In this document: one piece after another, positions 1 through 12,168 of the stretch
Numbering within the stretch: the first letter of the stretch is position 1
Layout of the letters: each line of letters begins with the position of its first letter
NCBI GenBank assembly: GCA_030264375.1
Contig: JASCQW010000032.1
Coordinates: 6,716,083 to 6,778,806 of the forward strand
Source of the DNA: Carcharhinus longimanus
Taxonomy: Eukaryota
DNA length: 62,724 nt
Reading direction: 5' to 3'
Notes under the pieces: generated by a model
What the model was told of the DNA's origin: nothing
The model's database searches: none
Seen by the model: the letters and a program-made list of their open reading frames with translations, nothing else
Position numbers and translations under genes: made by a program

Positions 1-792
1 TTGGCCTTAACACTGGCATATGGTCTTCCAATGCCATGACTTTGTCACTGCTTTGATAAAATTCATTTCAGGTGGATAAGCTGAATGGATGTTATATTAC
101 CGATGTGGGTATGACCTCCCTCTTTTGTTCTACTACAACTGATAAAACTCATTATGAGATGCCTGAAGATTGTAGAGTGGCAATCAAACTCCAAAATATG
201 TGAAAATAAAGAAACTGACATCAAGAGAGAAAGCACAAGAGGCACTCAGAGTGCTAGGTAGAAAAAAAAGAGAATGAGATGCAAGGTGAAATATGCTTAG
301 AAATGAATGCAAAAATGTGCAGGAGGCTCCAAGTTCAGAAGACTGAGGAATAAACACTTAAAACACAAAGGGGGCTGAAAATAACTCCTAATTACTAAGG
401 ATAATATTAGTAATTGTACTTAGTAATGTTGCTGATTAAAGGGGGGGGGGGGCGATGGAATTCCTTTCTCTGCTGTTTTATTGCAGGCTTTATCTTGTTT
501 GATCTGCTAATATTGCTAACAATGACTCTAGGGCTGCAGAGAGAGATGATGTCTGAAAAATGCACAAGAGAGATAAAGAGATTGAATTTGAGTTCTGGCA
601 AAGATGCTTTGTTTGACCCATGTCTGATATTCTTGATATTTCTTCGAAGCTCCAAGACATTATTGCACTTTTAAGTTAGCCTCCTGAATTGTGATTTTTT
701 TTTTATTGGTACAGTGGATTAGTGGACTATGATATAATCTGGTAGGATGATCAGAAGGTTTCTCCATCTCATGTGGTTTTATTTGTTTTCAG

Positions 793-836
793 GTTGGTGC
801 TCCTGGATGAAGATGAAGAGCCAGGACCTGGTGCAG
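793..836 (+). CDS. ICA1L: ICA1L internal coding exon (LVLLDEDEEPGPGA)
   Basis: Acceptor tttgttttcag and donor gtaaat. 44 nt ending in phase 1. The acidic peptide resembles the post-AH/BAR-domain linker of ICA1L and is phase-compatible with the 4526 exon. Confidence 0.75.
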
Positions 837-1416
837 GTAAATAATTGTGAGGGAGTTGCATCCACTGCTGTGCTGTTAGTAGTTTGAGGATCCAGTATAT
901 TCCAATTCCACTTCAAGTATCCTCTCCCTACAGATTACACCCGCACAAAAGATGTTTAAATCCTATCCTGCCCAGAAGCATTGATTGCAAATTTTGCTTT
1001 GTTCACATCTTCAGAATGCTACCAGGCTAAGCCAGACTGGGGAGGCTAATGTATCTTATCTGTTTCTGTTGAGAAAAGCAATAGCAGCTCTGCCAGCTAT
1101 TGCCTGTCATATCAAATAGGATTACATAGTATTCACAGCCCAATAATATCCACACTAGACTCCTACCATCTTCCTGCATCTTGCTCCATAACCATCTGCT
1201 TCAATTTCCTTCATCTTAAACATCCGCGCTCCTTGCCTCAATTCCTTTCATGTAGTGAGTTCTACCTTCTCAGCACTGTTTGCTCAGTTTTCTGAACCTG
1301 CTTGGCAATCTAGGCTGGTTACGAATCCTATTGAAGAGACTGTTTTCTTCACCAGCTATTCCGTCTCTGACTCTTGCTGAGCTTTCAGAAAGGGAGACTG
1401 AGTAATCAGAAAGAGT

Positions 1417-1660
1417 AAAAAGTCTGACAACACCAGGTTTTAGTCCAACCGATTTATTTGATAATAGACTCACAAGCTTTCGGGGTNNNNNNNNNNNNNN
1501 NNNNNNNNNNNNNNNNNNNNNNNNNNNNNNNNNNNNNNNNNNNNNNNNNNNNNNNNNNNNNNNNNNNNNNNNNNNNNNNNNNNNNNGGTTGGACTAAAAC
1601 CTGGTGTTGTCAGACTTTTTACTGTGTTTACGCCAGTCCAATGCCGGCATACCCACATCA
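1417..1660. mobile_element. Young Penelope-like element insertion with inverted termini (interior in N gap)
   Basis: Perfect 37-bp inverted repeat 1414-1450 / 1587-1623. A 14-bp direct repeat taatcagaaagagt lies at 1403-1416 and 1661-1674. The termini resemble shark Penelope pLTR sequence. Confidence 0.75.
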
Positions 1661-2378
1661 TAATCAGAAAGAGTCAGTGGTTCTGATCTTTCCAAGGAAT
1701 ACCAAGTAATGCCAGAGATGTGGACGTACTGCCAAATTTAAGACCCCTTTAGAACTTTTTTTTAACTTCTGTTTTACATTTGGGAACTGGCCAAATTGCT
1801 GGTTGACTCCTTGGCAGGAAGCTGCAGCCAGGGATGTCCTTGCCAATCACAATTGCAAGGCAGGCCAGAGATTAAGGGTTTAGGATGGTCATTTTGTTGT
1901 GTGGGATGTTACGGGGAGAGAAAATGATGCCATGGGGGATTTACAGGGAAGTTGCTTATCACGCCAGTAATTAGAGGCTGCGATTGGTAGAAGGGAGTCT
2001 GGAGATGTGCTCCAACTCCTCCCGGTCCTCAAGGAGTGCTGGAAAAACAACTTATGTACTTCAGTTGACAGCTCCTGTCCTCCTTTTGTTACCTAGTTTC
2101 GCGAACTCAGGGAAACCTGGCTGGAAATTGTTAAATTTAAATTAGGTTTCCAATTACATGATTGAAGTTGATTTAAATATGAGGATTCTCCGAGCTGGGA
2201 CACTTGCTTTGGATGAAAACCATTGCTTGTATGCACTGGGTTGTAAAAACATTTCCACTTTTTAGTGTATAAACTTCCCTCCCACCTACTGTGGCGTGGT
2301 TAACATGTTTCCTTTGACCTACTTCAAAGGAAAGTCACAAAAATACCAGTCTGTTTGAGCAGATGCTTCTAACACTAC

Positions 2379-2531
2379 AGCTCTTGACAAAAAAATCATC
2401 CAGACTTGAAATGTTAGCTTGGATCTCTCTCCACAGATGCTGTCAGACCTGCTGGAAAATCTCAGCAGCTCTGATAGCATCTGTGAAGAGAGAACAGAGC
2501 CAACAAGTCTGGATGACCCTTTATCAGAGCT
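2379..2531. repeat. Tail-to-tail inverted pair of Penelope-type terminal repeats (imperfect hairpin)
   Basis: catccagactt...cacagatgctgtcagacctgctg is followed by the near reverse complement cagcagctctgatagcatctgtg...aagtctggatg. Confidence 0.75.
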
Positions 2532-3169
2532 AAAGAGACCCTACCTTTACTTTCTGTGCAGGCTTGGTGGATAATAATAGAGGGTGGAAACTCTGGATGA
2601 TTTTCCCCTCTTCATACTGAGTGCTGAGACCATTTGCAGAATTCTACCCACTGTTGCTATGATCTAGGTCAGTCAATTCTACATAGACTAGGAATCACAC
2701 CTCCTCATGGTAATACATTAGGCACCCACTAAGTTATGAAGGCAGAGATTAGCAATGTCTGAAAGTAGTCCCGTCAGTTTAAATGCTCTTGTGCATTATT
2801 CACATGTATGAGAAATTATTCCATTACATTATCTTTATTGCTGTAAAAAGAGACATGCTGTCAAAGTTTTTCACCTTGCACTCATCAGAACAGATACAAA
2901 TATGTAGCAACTTTCAAAGGGAGCTTCAATTTAAACTGCAGGAAAAAAAGGTGCTGATTGGTTGACAAGTGGATTCTGATTGGCATTTCCTTAGAAAATG
3001 CAGGGAATTGTTGTTCCCCATACTTTTGTTTAGTTGAAAAATGGTGCAGTGCCTGGACAAGTTCTCTTTGCCGATAGAGGATAGGTCTCTGTATAAATAT
3101 ATAAAGCATCTGGCCCTTTGCAAAATCAAATCATGACGTAATTTTCTTTCTAGAGATTGGCTTCTTAGG

Positions 3170-3685
3170 AACAGTACCCCATCTTCTAATTCAATACTTT
3201 ACAGCCTTCTGGAGTCAACATTGAGTTCAGCAATTTCAGATCATCCACCAATTTGAATTTTTTCCCCTCAAATGCCAGTCTATATTTTATTCTCATGTTT
3301 TTGTTTTCAGACAGTGTTGACCTCTGTCTGCTATTCGCACATTTTGCTATTTTGCTTTCAGACAGTGTTAAACTTTATTCTGCTATTAACGCCTACTCTA
3401 GGCAAAAACTTTCATCTTTATGCTATAATTACCCACTACCTTCGACTTGTGTTCCATGATTCCTCTCTTCTTTACTCTCCTGTCTTTCAACCTATCTTTG
3501 ACCTTCTATTTTGCTCAGCCTGCCCTTTATTCCCATTTTCTTAACAGAACCCATCATATTTTTGCTTCTCTTCAGCTCAGAAGAGAAGTCATATTGGACT
3601 CTAAATGTTAACACTGTCTCTGTCTCCATCTCCATGGATGCTGCCAGACCTGCTGTGTTTTTCTGGCTTTGTTTTGTTTTTATTA
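3170..3685 (+). mobile_element. Penelope-like element 3' remnant
   Basis: Encodes LQPSGVNIEFSNFR, typical of the PLE GIY-YIG C-terminus. It is followed by a pyrimidine-rich UTR and the gatgctgccagacctgctg terminal motif. Confidence 0.65.
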
Positions 3686-4525
3686 CGTGGCTTCTTAGAT
3701 TCAGAACCTAGTATAGTGGAGCCACAGATTATGTTCTCACTGCCTGAGGGTTTTTATTCGTATGGATGTGTTAAGTGCTGATGCAAGTACTTGTCAAGAA
3801 GGACAATGATTGATGTACATTATCGTGATACTCTTTTGAGGCCATCATTTTACTCACTAAGTGTCCTCATAAGGACAAGGAGCCAGCAAGTCACAAAGAC
3901 AGTATTACACTGTATTAAGTTGACATTGTAATTCCATAATGAATCACTGGCCAGTCAGCCATCCACTAATAGGTTAGTTTTCACTAAATGGGCATTTTTT
4001 CACACAGCAGTCGGGCCCTGATGTTGTGAAGCAGCAGTTATTCTGCAGCCTTATCTTAGAGATAATTAGTCAATATTGTGGAAGAATTAGCAATGTTGAT
4101 ATATCAAGAACCATTTTAAGAGATTACACAGTAATTACAGCACAGAACCAGGTCATTTAGCCCAACAGGACCACGATTCCGGACCCCTCAAACCTCGTGG
4201 TATTGAAGTATCTTTTGGATGAATATATTTGAAAATGAGCATATGTCAATGTTCTTTGCTCATCTATAACACCACTGATTAATTTCCCAATTTAAACTAG
4301 CTTCCTTGGGAGCAATGCTGAGCAGTTCTGCACAAAGTGAGAGACAGCCTCAATTATCTTCCTGATCGTGGAATAAAATAGGTGTAAACATGGCTGCGAA
4401 TCCTTTTCAAGCTTGCATTGTGGTATGGATAGGGGAATATATATGATTTATTTCTGTACATTAGTTTTTCAGTCCTAACGATGTGTGTCTTGAGGCCTCA
4501 TTTTCTGCTGCTCCACATTTAACAG

Positions 4526-4627
4526 GGGGTCAGAGTGAAGTAGCAAGGAACACTGCCAGCCAAGATGCCACTCAGCTTGCTGCAGAGCTGGAATCATCAA
4601 GCAACACACAGCAATTCTATGAGACGG
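4526..4627 (+). CDS. ICA1L: ICA1L internal coding exon (GGQSEVARNTASQDATQLAAELESSSNTQQFYET)
   Basis: Acceptor ttttctgctgctccacatttaacag and donor gtaaaa. 102 nt, phase 1-1, open frame (within ORF 4483-4674). The peptide is poorly conserved, so the call rests on splice signals and phase. Confidence 0.65.
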
Positions 4628-5059
4628 GTAAAAAAAACCATGTGCATGCTCACACTTTATTTTGGTGCTGGTGAGATCTCCTATGCAAAGCTCTTAAACA
4701 AACTGCATGAACTGTCGTATTTTATGTAGGTATCGACATAATGCTTGCAGGTTTATTAAAAAACAAATTGGGTGAGCAGTGTAGTGATAAATAACAAAGA
4801 GGCGATCCTGCAGCCATCGTTCATTTACATCCCGGCTGATCTGCACCTCAGTTCGTTTCCCAATCTTTGATCCCTCTCTTGACAGCAAAGAAACAGTCAT
4901 GCCTCAAGTTTGGTTTGGATAAATAAGGAACAAGAAAAGACCAATCAACCAACTCGTTTCAGTCTATTTACAAACTGAAAAACACCAAGTCTTGCAATGA
5001 CTATGTTTTAATCTGGTTTGTAAAATACTTGAATGAAACCTTTGATAGTTAGATGCTCT

Positions 5060-5250
5060 TTTAGCACTGTCACAGCTAAGTCATGGATTCAAGGCAAAAT
5101 CCAAAGACACGAGAACATATTCTATGCTGCTCCTTCAGTGCAGTCCTGAGAGAATGCTTCATTGTTAGAGGGAATGTCTTTTCCAGATGCAGCGTTAAAC
5201 TCAGGCCTAGTTTGCCTGTTCAGGTGCATGCCACATATCCTGTGGCTCTT
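5060..5250 (+). mobile_element. Deu-domain SINE (SacSINE1-like), 5' half
   Basis: cagtgcagtcctgagagaatgc...gtcttttccagatgcagcgttaaactcaggcc...caggtg resembles the Deu core. Confidence 0.6.
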
Positions 5251-5404
5251 GGAAAATAACTATCTAAATTGATTCGAGGAGCTGAGAGAGATCTGCATTA
5301 CAGATTCAGATATCACTAAAAGAAATGATACAGGTTGATAGGAACACAAAGAATCCAAACAAAGCACCAGTAATTACTAGAGGATGGAAATGAAGAGCAG
5401 CGAT

Positions 5405-5697
5405 GGGCAGCATGGTGACAATGGTTAGCGCTGCTGCTTCACAGTGCTAGGGATCCGGGTTTGATTCCTGGCTTGGGTCACTGTCTGTGTGTTTGCATAT
5501 TCTCCCCATGTCTGTGTGGGTTTCCTCCCTCTATCCAAAGATGTGCAGGTAGGGGGATTGGCATACTAAATTGCCCCTTAGTGTCAGGGGGACTAGCTAG
5601 GGTAAATGCACGGGGTTATGGAGGTAGGGCCTTGGTGGGATTGTGGTCAGTGCAGACTCGATGGGCCAAATGGCCTCCTTCTGCGCTGTAGGATTCT
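5405..5697 (+). mobile_element. HE1/V-SINE, near full length
   Basis: tRNA-like head (gggcagcatggtg...tggttagc...gggtttgattcc), V domain (attctccccatgtctgtgtgggtttcctcc) and CR1-like tail (gggccaaatggcctccttctg). Confidence 0.9.
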
Positions 5698-5699
5698 AA

Positions 5700-6240
5700 A
5701 TTAAACTTCTGTAGAGGCTTGGTTTGACCACATTTAGCATATTGTGAACAGTTCTGGTCTCCTTACTATGAAAAAGATACTTGACACTGACAGTGACGCA
5801 AAAAAGAATTAACGAAATGATACCTGAATTGAGAGGTCAGACATATCAAAGAAAGATTAAACAGGATGGACTTCTCTAGAAAAGAGAAGACTCATAATCT
5901 TCAAGATTAGAAAAGGATTCAATAAGGTAGACATAGGGAAGATATTTCCACTTATGTGGTGGGGGAATCCAAAAGTAGTGGCTGTAAATACAGCTAGTCC
6001 TGAATACATCTAATAAGGAATTCAGGAGAAACTTCTTTATCTTGAGCAAGGTGGAACTCTATCACAAGGAAATGTTGAGGTGACTAGTGTAGATGCATTA
6101 AAGGAGAACTGAGCTAAACAGATGATGGAGAAACAAGTAGAAAGGTATGTTGATGCAGCTAGATGAAGTCTTGATGGAGCAGAAACACTGTCATGGATTT
6201 TTTGGGCTGAATTAGCCTGCTTCTCTGCTGTAAATGCTAA
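5700..6240 (+). mobile_element. Degenerate CR1/HER1 LINE 3' end
   Basis: cagttctggtctcctta, ggaattcaggagaaacttcttta, and the tail tgggctgaattagcctgcttct. Confidence 0.75.
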
Positions 6241-6244
6241 GTAA

Positions 6245-6425
6245 CACCACATACCACAGCCAACAGCACAAACAGGTCATTTGTCATTGCTGTTTGTAGG
6301 ACCTTGCTGTGAGTAAATTGGTTGCCCACAAACTAACAGTTATGCACTTAAGTACTTCATTGCCTGTAAAGTAGATACAATGTTCTGAGGATGTGAAAGA
6401 CACAATATAAATGCAAATCTTTTTT
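6245..6425 (+). mobile_element. Deu-domain SINE, 3' half
   Basis: tcattgctgtttgtaggaccttgctgtg...aagtacttcattgcctgtaaag...tataaatgcaaatcttt matches the SacSINE1-type tail. Confidence 0.65.
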
Positions 6426-9400
6426 TTCTTTCCGCTAAAAGTGATGATTTGTGACTTTTGGGCCAATATGTGTGCCTCTCTGAACTAGCTATTCGGTGAG
6501 TGATTGCTATAGTCAGAATCAGGAACACAACACATGGCGCTACTTGTGGGATGTGGCAGCCTCGTGCAACTTGATTAGCAACTCCAAAATAAGGAATTCA
6601 TAATCTCACCATGATAAATTGTGAAATGGCAATCACTAAATCCGATCATTTGTGGCATGTATCAGAAAAATGACCACAGAAGCTGTCAGGTTACTGGTAA
6701 AACCCAACTAGTGCACCAGTGTTCTTTAGAGAGGGAAACTTGCCAACCTTTCCAGGTGTGGCCCACACTTTGACCCTCAAGTCAGGTATGAGGGAAACCT
6801 GAAAAGGACAACAAATCCAGAAATCAAATTACGCAGAATATTCATATTTTAAAACATTAATGGCAACCTAGAAAATGAGTGCCATGCATTTGGGGACAAA
6901 TATTTGTATTAAGTAAACGCCACTTGGGATATTTCATTTGTGGTGGCATCACTGGGTGAGTCTGCATTAGTGGATGCGTTACTTGGAACGTTCAGTAACA
7001 ACTTGCATTCATGTAGCACCTTTAACATAGTAAAATGTAAGAAGGAGCTTCACAGGAGCACAGTTGAGCAAAAGTCTAGTCACAGCAACATAGAGATATT
7101 TTGAAAGGTGGCAAAAGCTTGATCAAGGAGGCAGGTTTTCAGGAGTTACAGGTTTTGAAAGAAGAGTGAGCGAATGGAGAGCATTGAGTAAGAATTCTGT
7201 CTTAGGCAGCTTGAGGCACAGACCTCCAATGGGAGGGTGGTGACTGGAGGCAAGGGTGTTGGGCAAGCCCAGGAAGCCAAAATTTAATAAGAAAGCTTAA
7301 CTCTTAACCCACAATTTCTCAATGTAGAGAAAACGTACGTTTCAAACAGGACCAGATTGAGTTGAATGTTTTCCTTCTGGTAGAAATGAGGGACTTGCAC
7401 TGAGATAAGCTAGAGTCTGGCACATTTTTCACATACGTGAATATTTTCAAACCGCTTTGAAACTACAGATCCACTAATTCCAGGGCCATGCTTCAAGTGT
7501 AGAGAGGTTCACAGACAGTGTGATCCTTTGATTTTTGTAGGAATATAAACATTTGATCTGACGAGTAATTCACTTGTCACAGGAAGTACTGACTCTGTGA
7601 TGTATGATTTGTGCAGGAAGCTGGCAGTTTTGATCTCCAGTTAGTGCCAAGTTGGTAGACCTTCATCAGCATGCTGGTGATACATTGACCTCTGTGCCCC
7701 AGACTGTTTCCTACTGATCCCTGCCCAGTGACCCATACTGGAAGTGCATATATATGAACATCAGATGGTACCAGAATTGGATTTGGTTGAGATTGGTTTC
7801 TGCTCAGTCTGCCCTCTCTTAGTTTGCTGTCATAGGCTTGCTGACTTAGATGAGGTGCCAATAATCAGGAATTGTACCCAACAAAGAAATGATACTTGTA
7901 TCTTCTTTATCTTCCTCCCACTTTTGCCCTTCCTTTCTGTGCTTCAAATTCTCTTTGCCCCTTTCTTTATGCTGTTCCTAATTCTGTGTTCACAGACCTC
8001 TTTCCCAATCCTTGTACCTTTAACTTTGTTTCCAACTCCCCTGCTGGTGATATGAAATTGATCCCAGATGCTGCTGTTCGGGACAGGGTCCAATGTTGCT
8101 CCAAATATATCACCCTACATCTCTGTCCCCTGATCCCAAAATCTGACAACTAAATGTTACCCCAGTGATGGGTCAGACTGGGTCAATCCTGGAAATGACA
8201 GGACTGCTTGTAACTCATTGACTGACAGAGCGGTTGAGAGCAGCTGCTTGGTGCCACAGGAATAAATATGAACATTTTGTAGCTGGATTCAACTCCTTTT
8301 CAGGGCTTTTATCAGATTTAAACTTGAGTGGAGGAACCTGCACCGAATAAATATTGAGCCTGCCTCCATAGTGTATTTGTATTCCCAAGACAGTCATGTG
8401 AATAGGACTTGTGTTCTGGGGGAAAGAAAGTCAGCTACTGTGTAAAGGTGCTGGAAGTTTCTGTGGTAATGTGACTGTGTGGCTGGAATAACTGTTTGTA
8501 ACTTGCATTCAGCCAATGTTTCATTTCTTTCCCTTACTTTAAACTTCCATTCAAACTCAGATTAGCTCCAGTAACTTTGGTTATATCCAGATTCAAAATG
8601 TCATTTGGTGCAAAGGGGAGGGACGGAGTTTGGAACATAAAGATGTGAAGATTTCATTCATAATCTTTGAATAGTTGTGGAGTGGGGTTTGGGCGTTGGT
8701 TGGGTTGTGGGGATGTGATCATGGAAGCCTTGTTGACCTCACACCCCCCCCTAGTCTGGCGCTGGGAGGCTGCCATCTAATGGGACTTGGCTTCAGCCCA
8801 TCCACCCCTGTGTCTTCGTTCTGTCACCAAGTTGCCACTTATTTGTCACGAATTTGTTGGCCGCCATCGCCGGTGCTGATGCATGCCCTGCCATCACCAG
8901 TGCTAATATGTATCCCATCCCTGGCGAGATTGTTCAGAGGGGTATCACATTGGGAGCCAACCTGACTCCCTATTCTGCAAGTTTGCCTTCAAACCCTCCT
9001 CAGTGGGATGGGAAAGATTCTGCCCAATGTCTTGTACCTCGACTGTACTGATTTCCATGTCCTGTCAGACCATTGATCAGATGATCCTCATTTTTTCCTT
9101 TGTTTATTTAAAACTATTTTGTGACGAGCTGTGGCTGATGTTGATATGCCTCTATTGCCAAACCTGTTACCATGAGAATTATTCGGTCATTCGGTTAAAA
9201 AGTGTTTTAAACTCTTTAGCCAACATACAAAATTTCAAAGGGACTTTGTTTGAGAGGAATATTTTCTGCAGTTAGCTTAGTCTAAAACCTATAACTAAGC
9301 TTCTTGAACAAAGAATGATTGCCCAAGGCAACTTAATCACAAGATCATTTACTGGAAGTCAGATGCTTCACCAGAAATCAGATCAGAGAGAAACACAGTT

Positions 9401-9486
9401 CGTAGAGGAGCGTTCACCCAAACACACAATTTAGGCTTTTCCCTTCAAAGCAGCGCAGGGGTCATCACACTTGGCCACGGTATCCA

Positions 9487-9790
9487 GAACATAAGAAATA
9501 GGAGCAGGAGTAGGCCATCTAGCCCCTCGAGCCTGCCCCGCCATTCAATAAGATCATGGCTNNNNNNNNNNNNNNNNNNNNNNNNNNNNNNNNNNNNNNN
9601 NNNNNNNNNNNNNNNNNNNNNNNNNNNNNNNNNNNNNNNNNNNNNNNNNNNNNNNNNNNNNCTCTCCACCTCTATCCTATCCATCCCATTCAACATCTTA
9701 TACGTCTCAATGAGATCTCCCCTCATTCTTCTAAACTCCAACGAGTACAAGCCTAGTTTATTCAGCCAGTACCAGCCTAGTTTATTCAAC
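9487..9790 (-). mobile_element. Young CR1/HER1 LINE 3' end spanning an N gap
   Basis: Tail agaacataagaaataggagcaggagtaggcc. The - strand translates as LGLYSLEFRRMRGDLIETYKML. Confidence 0.9.
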
Positions 9791-11436
9791 CAACATTTAT
9801 CCAACATTAAGTCACTTTGCAGTTCACGTCACAGGACTTTCTCCAATTCTGTGCACTCCTATTATTACTGGTAATTGCTTATATCGAATCTTCTTCCTTG
9901 CCGGACACCCATGGTCCAATTAGATAACATCCATACCTAATCTTATCTATCTAATTGATGATCTCAACAGATTCAAGTAGATCAGTCAGACACAACTTCT
10001 GCTTAATAAAACTATGTTGGCTTTCTCTCATCAGCTTATATTTGTACATCATCCTATCAGACCAACCCCACCATTCAACCCATCCTCTCAGTACAGAAAC
10101 TCTTCCGTTCAATACCTCCCTCAAGTCCTATTATTAAAGCCTATTCCTCTGCTGTCTTGGCTGTACAATACCCTGATTCTCCCATTGAAGCCCATCCTTG
10201 TACTGTAAGCATCTCATTTTTAATATCCAACTGCTCGAGGACACAACAGCTGACTTTGCCAGCACCCCAACCATCACCTTAAAGATTAAGCTCCTCCATC
10301 ACTAGACACCACATCTGTAATATCTACTATCTATAAGATGCACTGTGTCAACTCACCAAGGCTTTTTTGACAGCAAACCCATAACCACTAACACCTGAAA
10401 AGGCAAGGGCAGCAGACGTGTGAGAATACCATTACCTACCGGTCTTAAACCATGACTCACTGGGTCAAAATCCTGGAAATCCCTCCTTACTGGGGTAAAG
10501 GACTGCTTCTAAAACGTGGCTCACCACCATATTCTCAAAGGCGCTTAGGATAGATGATAAATGCTGTCATTGCCAGTGACGTGTAGATCCCAGGAGTGTA
10601 TAAAACACATTTTATGACTCTCCTTTTTGTCTCTATTACAACAAGAACATTAATGTAGAAAAATGTTCCACGTTGCTTCACATGAACCTAATCAGACTAA
10701 ATTTTGATGCTGAGGCAAAGAAGGTTTATTTTGAAGGTCATAGGACCAAGAGCTTGGTCTAAGAGGTTTTGAGGAAGATGTTATGGCAGGAGAGAGATGG
10801 GGAGGTTTAGAATTTTGGGTATAGATGTGGAAGGCAGGCAGTGGTGGGGTGAAAGAAGTAGCAATGCACAATAAGCTCAAATTGGAACCATGCAGAGTGC
10901 ATGGGGTGGTAATGTTGGACAAGGTTACAGAAATAGGGAGGGGTAATTCTGGAGGGATTTCAACATGAGGATGAGTTGATGGACTGGGCCCATCTTGAGA
11001 TTGTGAAAGAGGCTACATAAGTGCAAGTTCTTTATTATTTCTTGAACAATTTTTGCACCTTTGTGAGACATTGGGTTGGTATGAATGTATACTGTCTTTG
11101 ATTGCCTTGTTATATATTCTTTGACTATTCCAGTTCATTCCAATGAACAATGCACTAAATATTATTTCCTCTCACAAGTGGAGACTCTGATTGCAGCTGT
11201 TAATGAATCTTGCATCACTCTACTTCTATAATGATTACCTCTTCTGATTCTCTTATATGTGGTGGTCTTTATGCTGTCTGTGGTCATTCAACGCATTTCC
11301 TGACTGAAGCAAGCTTCCCACTAAGTGAAAGCCATATGATTGCAAAATATACAATTTTGTTGTGGATTGATTAGGAAATACTTGTCTGAAATGTCTAGCT
11401 CACTCACCTTAATACCACCGTTATCCTTTGTTTCAG

Positions 11437-11697
11437 TGCCGAAGGACTTACTGCCTGACATGTTAGACAGTGAGAATCTGGAGAAGCATGAGTTGACGTT
11501 TCTGAGTGACCTGTTGAACCCTAAACCCAATGCACCCAATGACTTCAGCCATGAGTGGCAGAGCACATTTGGAAGCTCAGGGCTCAGTCCAGGGCCTGTG
11601 GCAGAAGCGGCCGAACCCAAACTAGCTGATGCTCCAACTGGCTTCCTGCCATCTGAGCTCTTTGACCTCAGCCGTGATCCAGCAGGGGCTTTTATTG
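11437..11697 (+). CDS. ICA1L: ICA1L coding exon (VPKDLLPDMLDSENLEKHELTFLSDLL...GFLPSELFDL...AGAFI)
   Basis: Acceptor cctttgtttcag and consensus donor gtgagt. 261 nt, phase 1-1. Contains the ICA69 C-terminal-domain motifs 'F..EW...FG' and 'FLPS.LFDL'. Confidence 0.92.
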
Positions 11698-12168
11698 GTG
11701 AGTCTTATCAATTATTCAATCACATTCTTCCCTTCACTGCGCTGTGAGTGGCTTCAGTAATGAGGCCTCTGATGTGCATAAAGCTACATTTTAGCCAACT
11801 GCGTTACAATTTCGAAAGCATAATCTCTATCGTAAAGTCCGATTACTCTTTTCCCCATCCCAGCACTCTTTCTTCTAAACTCTGTGCACAACCTTCTGTT
11901 GTTGATATGAGGGACTGAATCCCAGCTCTCAGGCCTCTGAAATGCTACTGTGTGGTCAGCAAAAGTGCCTTTGTTTAATCAGCCCACTGATCCCTGTCTC
12001 TCCCATTCCAGCCCCATGAGGGAAAGCATTCTCCCTTTAATCAGCTCAGTCAGGACAAAGCTAGCAAACTACCTTCATTGCTCATTCCTATTGCCCCTAA
12101 GAACATTTGGAGAAATAAATTTTGGGTGATGATCTCTAGTGTTCTGGTGATGGGATCAGATCCCTGAA

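Noticed and set aside
1690-2310. Possible degenerate DNA-transposon/MITE sequence (also about 8650-9020 and 17150-17500)
   Set aside because: It resembles old shark non-autonomous elements, but I could not define termini or TSDs with confidence.
4465-4525. Upstream acceptors (4464, 4472) for the second ICA1L exon
   Set aside because: They are phase-incompatible with the phase-1 donor at 836. Only the acceptor at 4525 keeps the frame.
9750-9795. Short tandem duplication agcctagtttattca
   Set aside because: Two copies at a CR1 truncation junction; ordinary insertion scar or slippage.
11321-11620. 99-aa antisense ORF over the ICA1L exon
   Set aside because: It is a shadow of the coding strand with no independent support.
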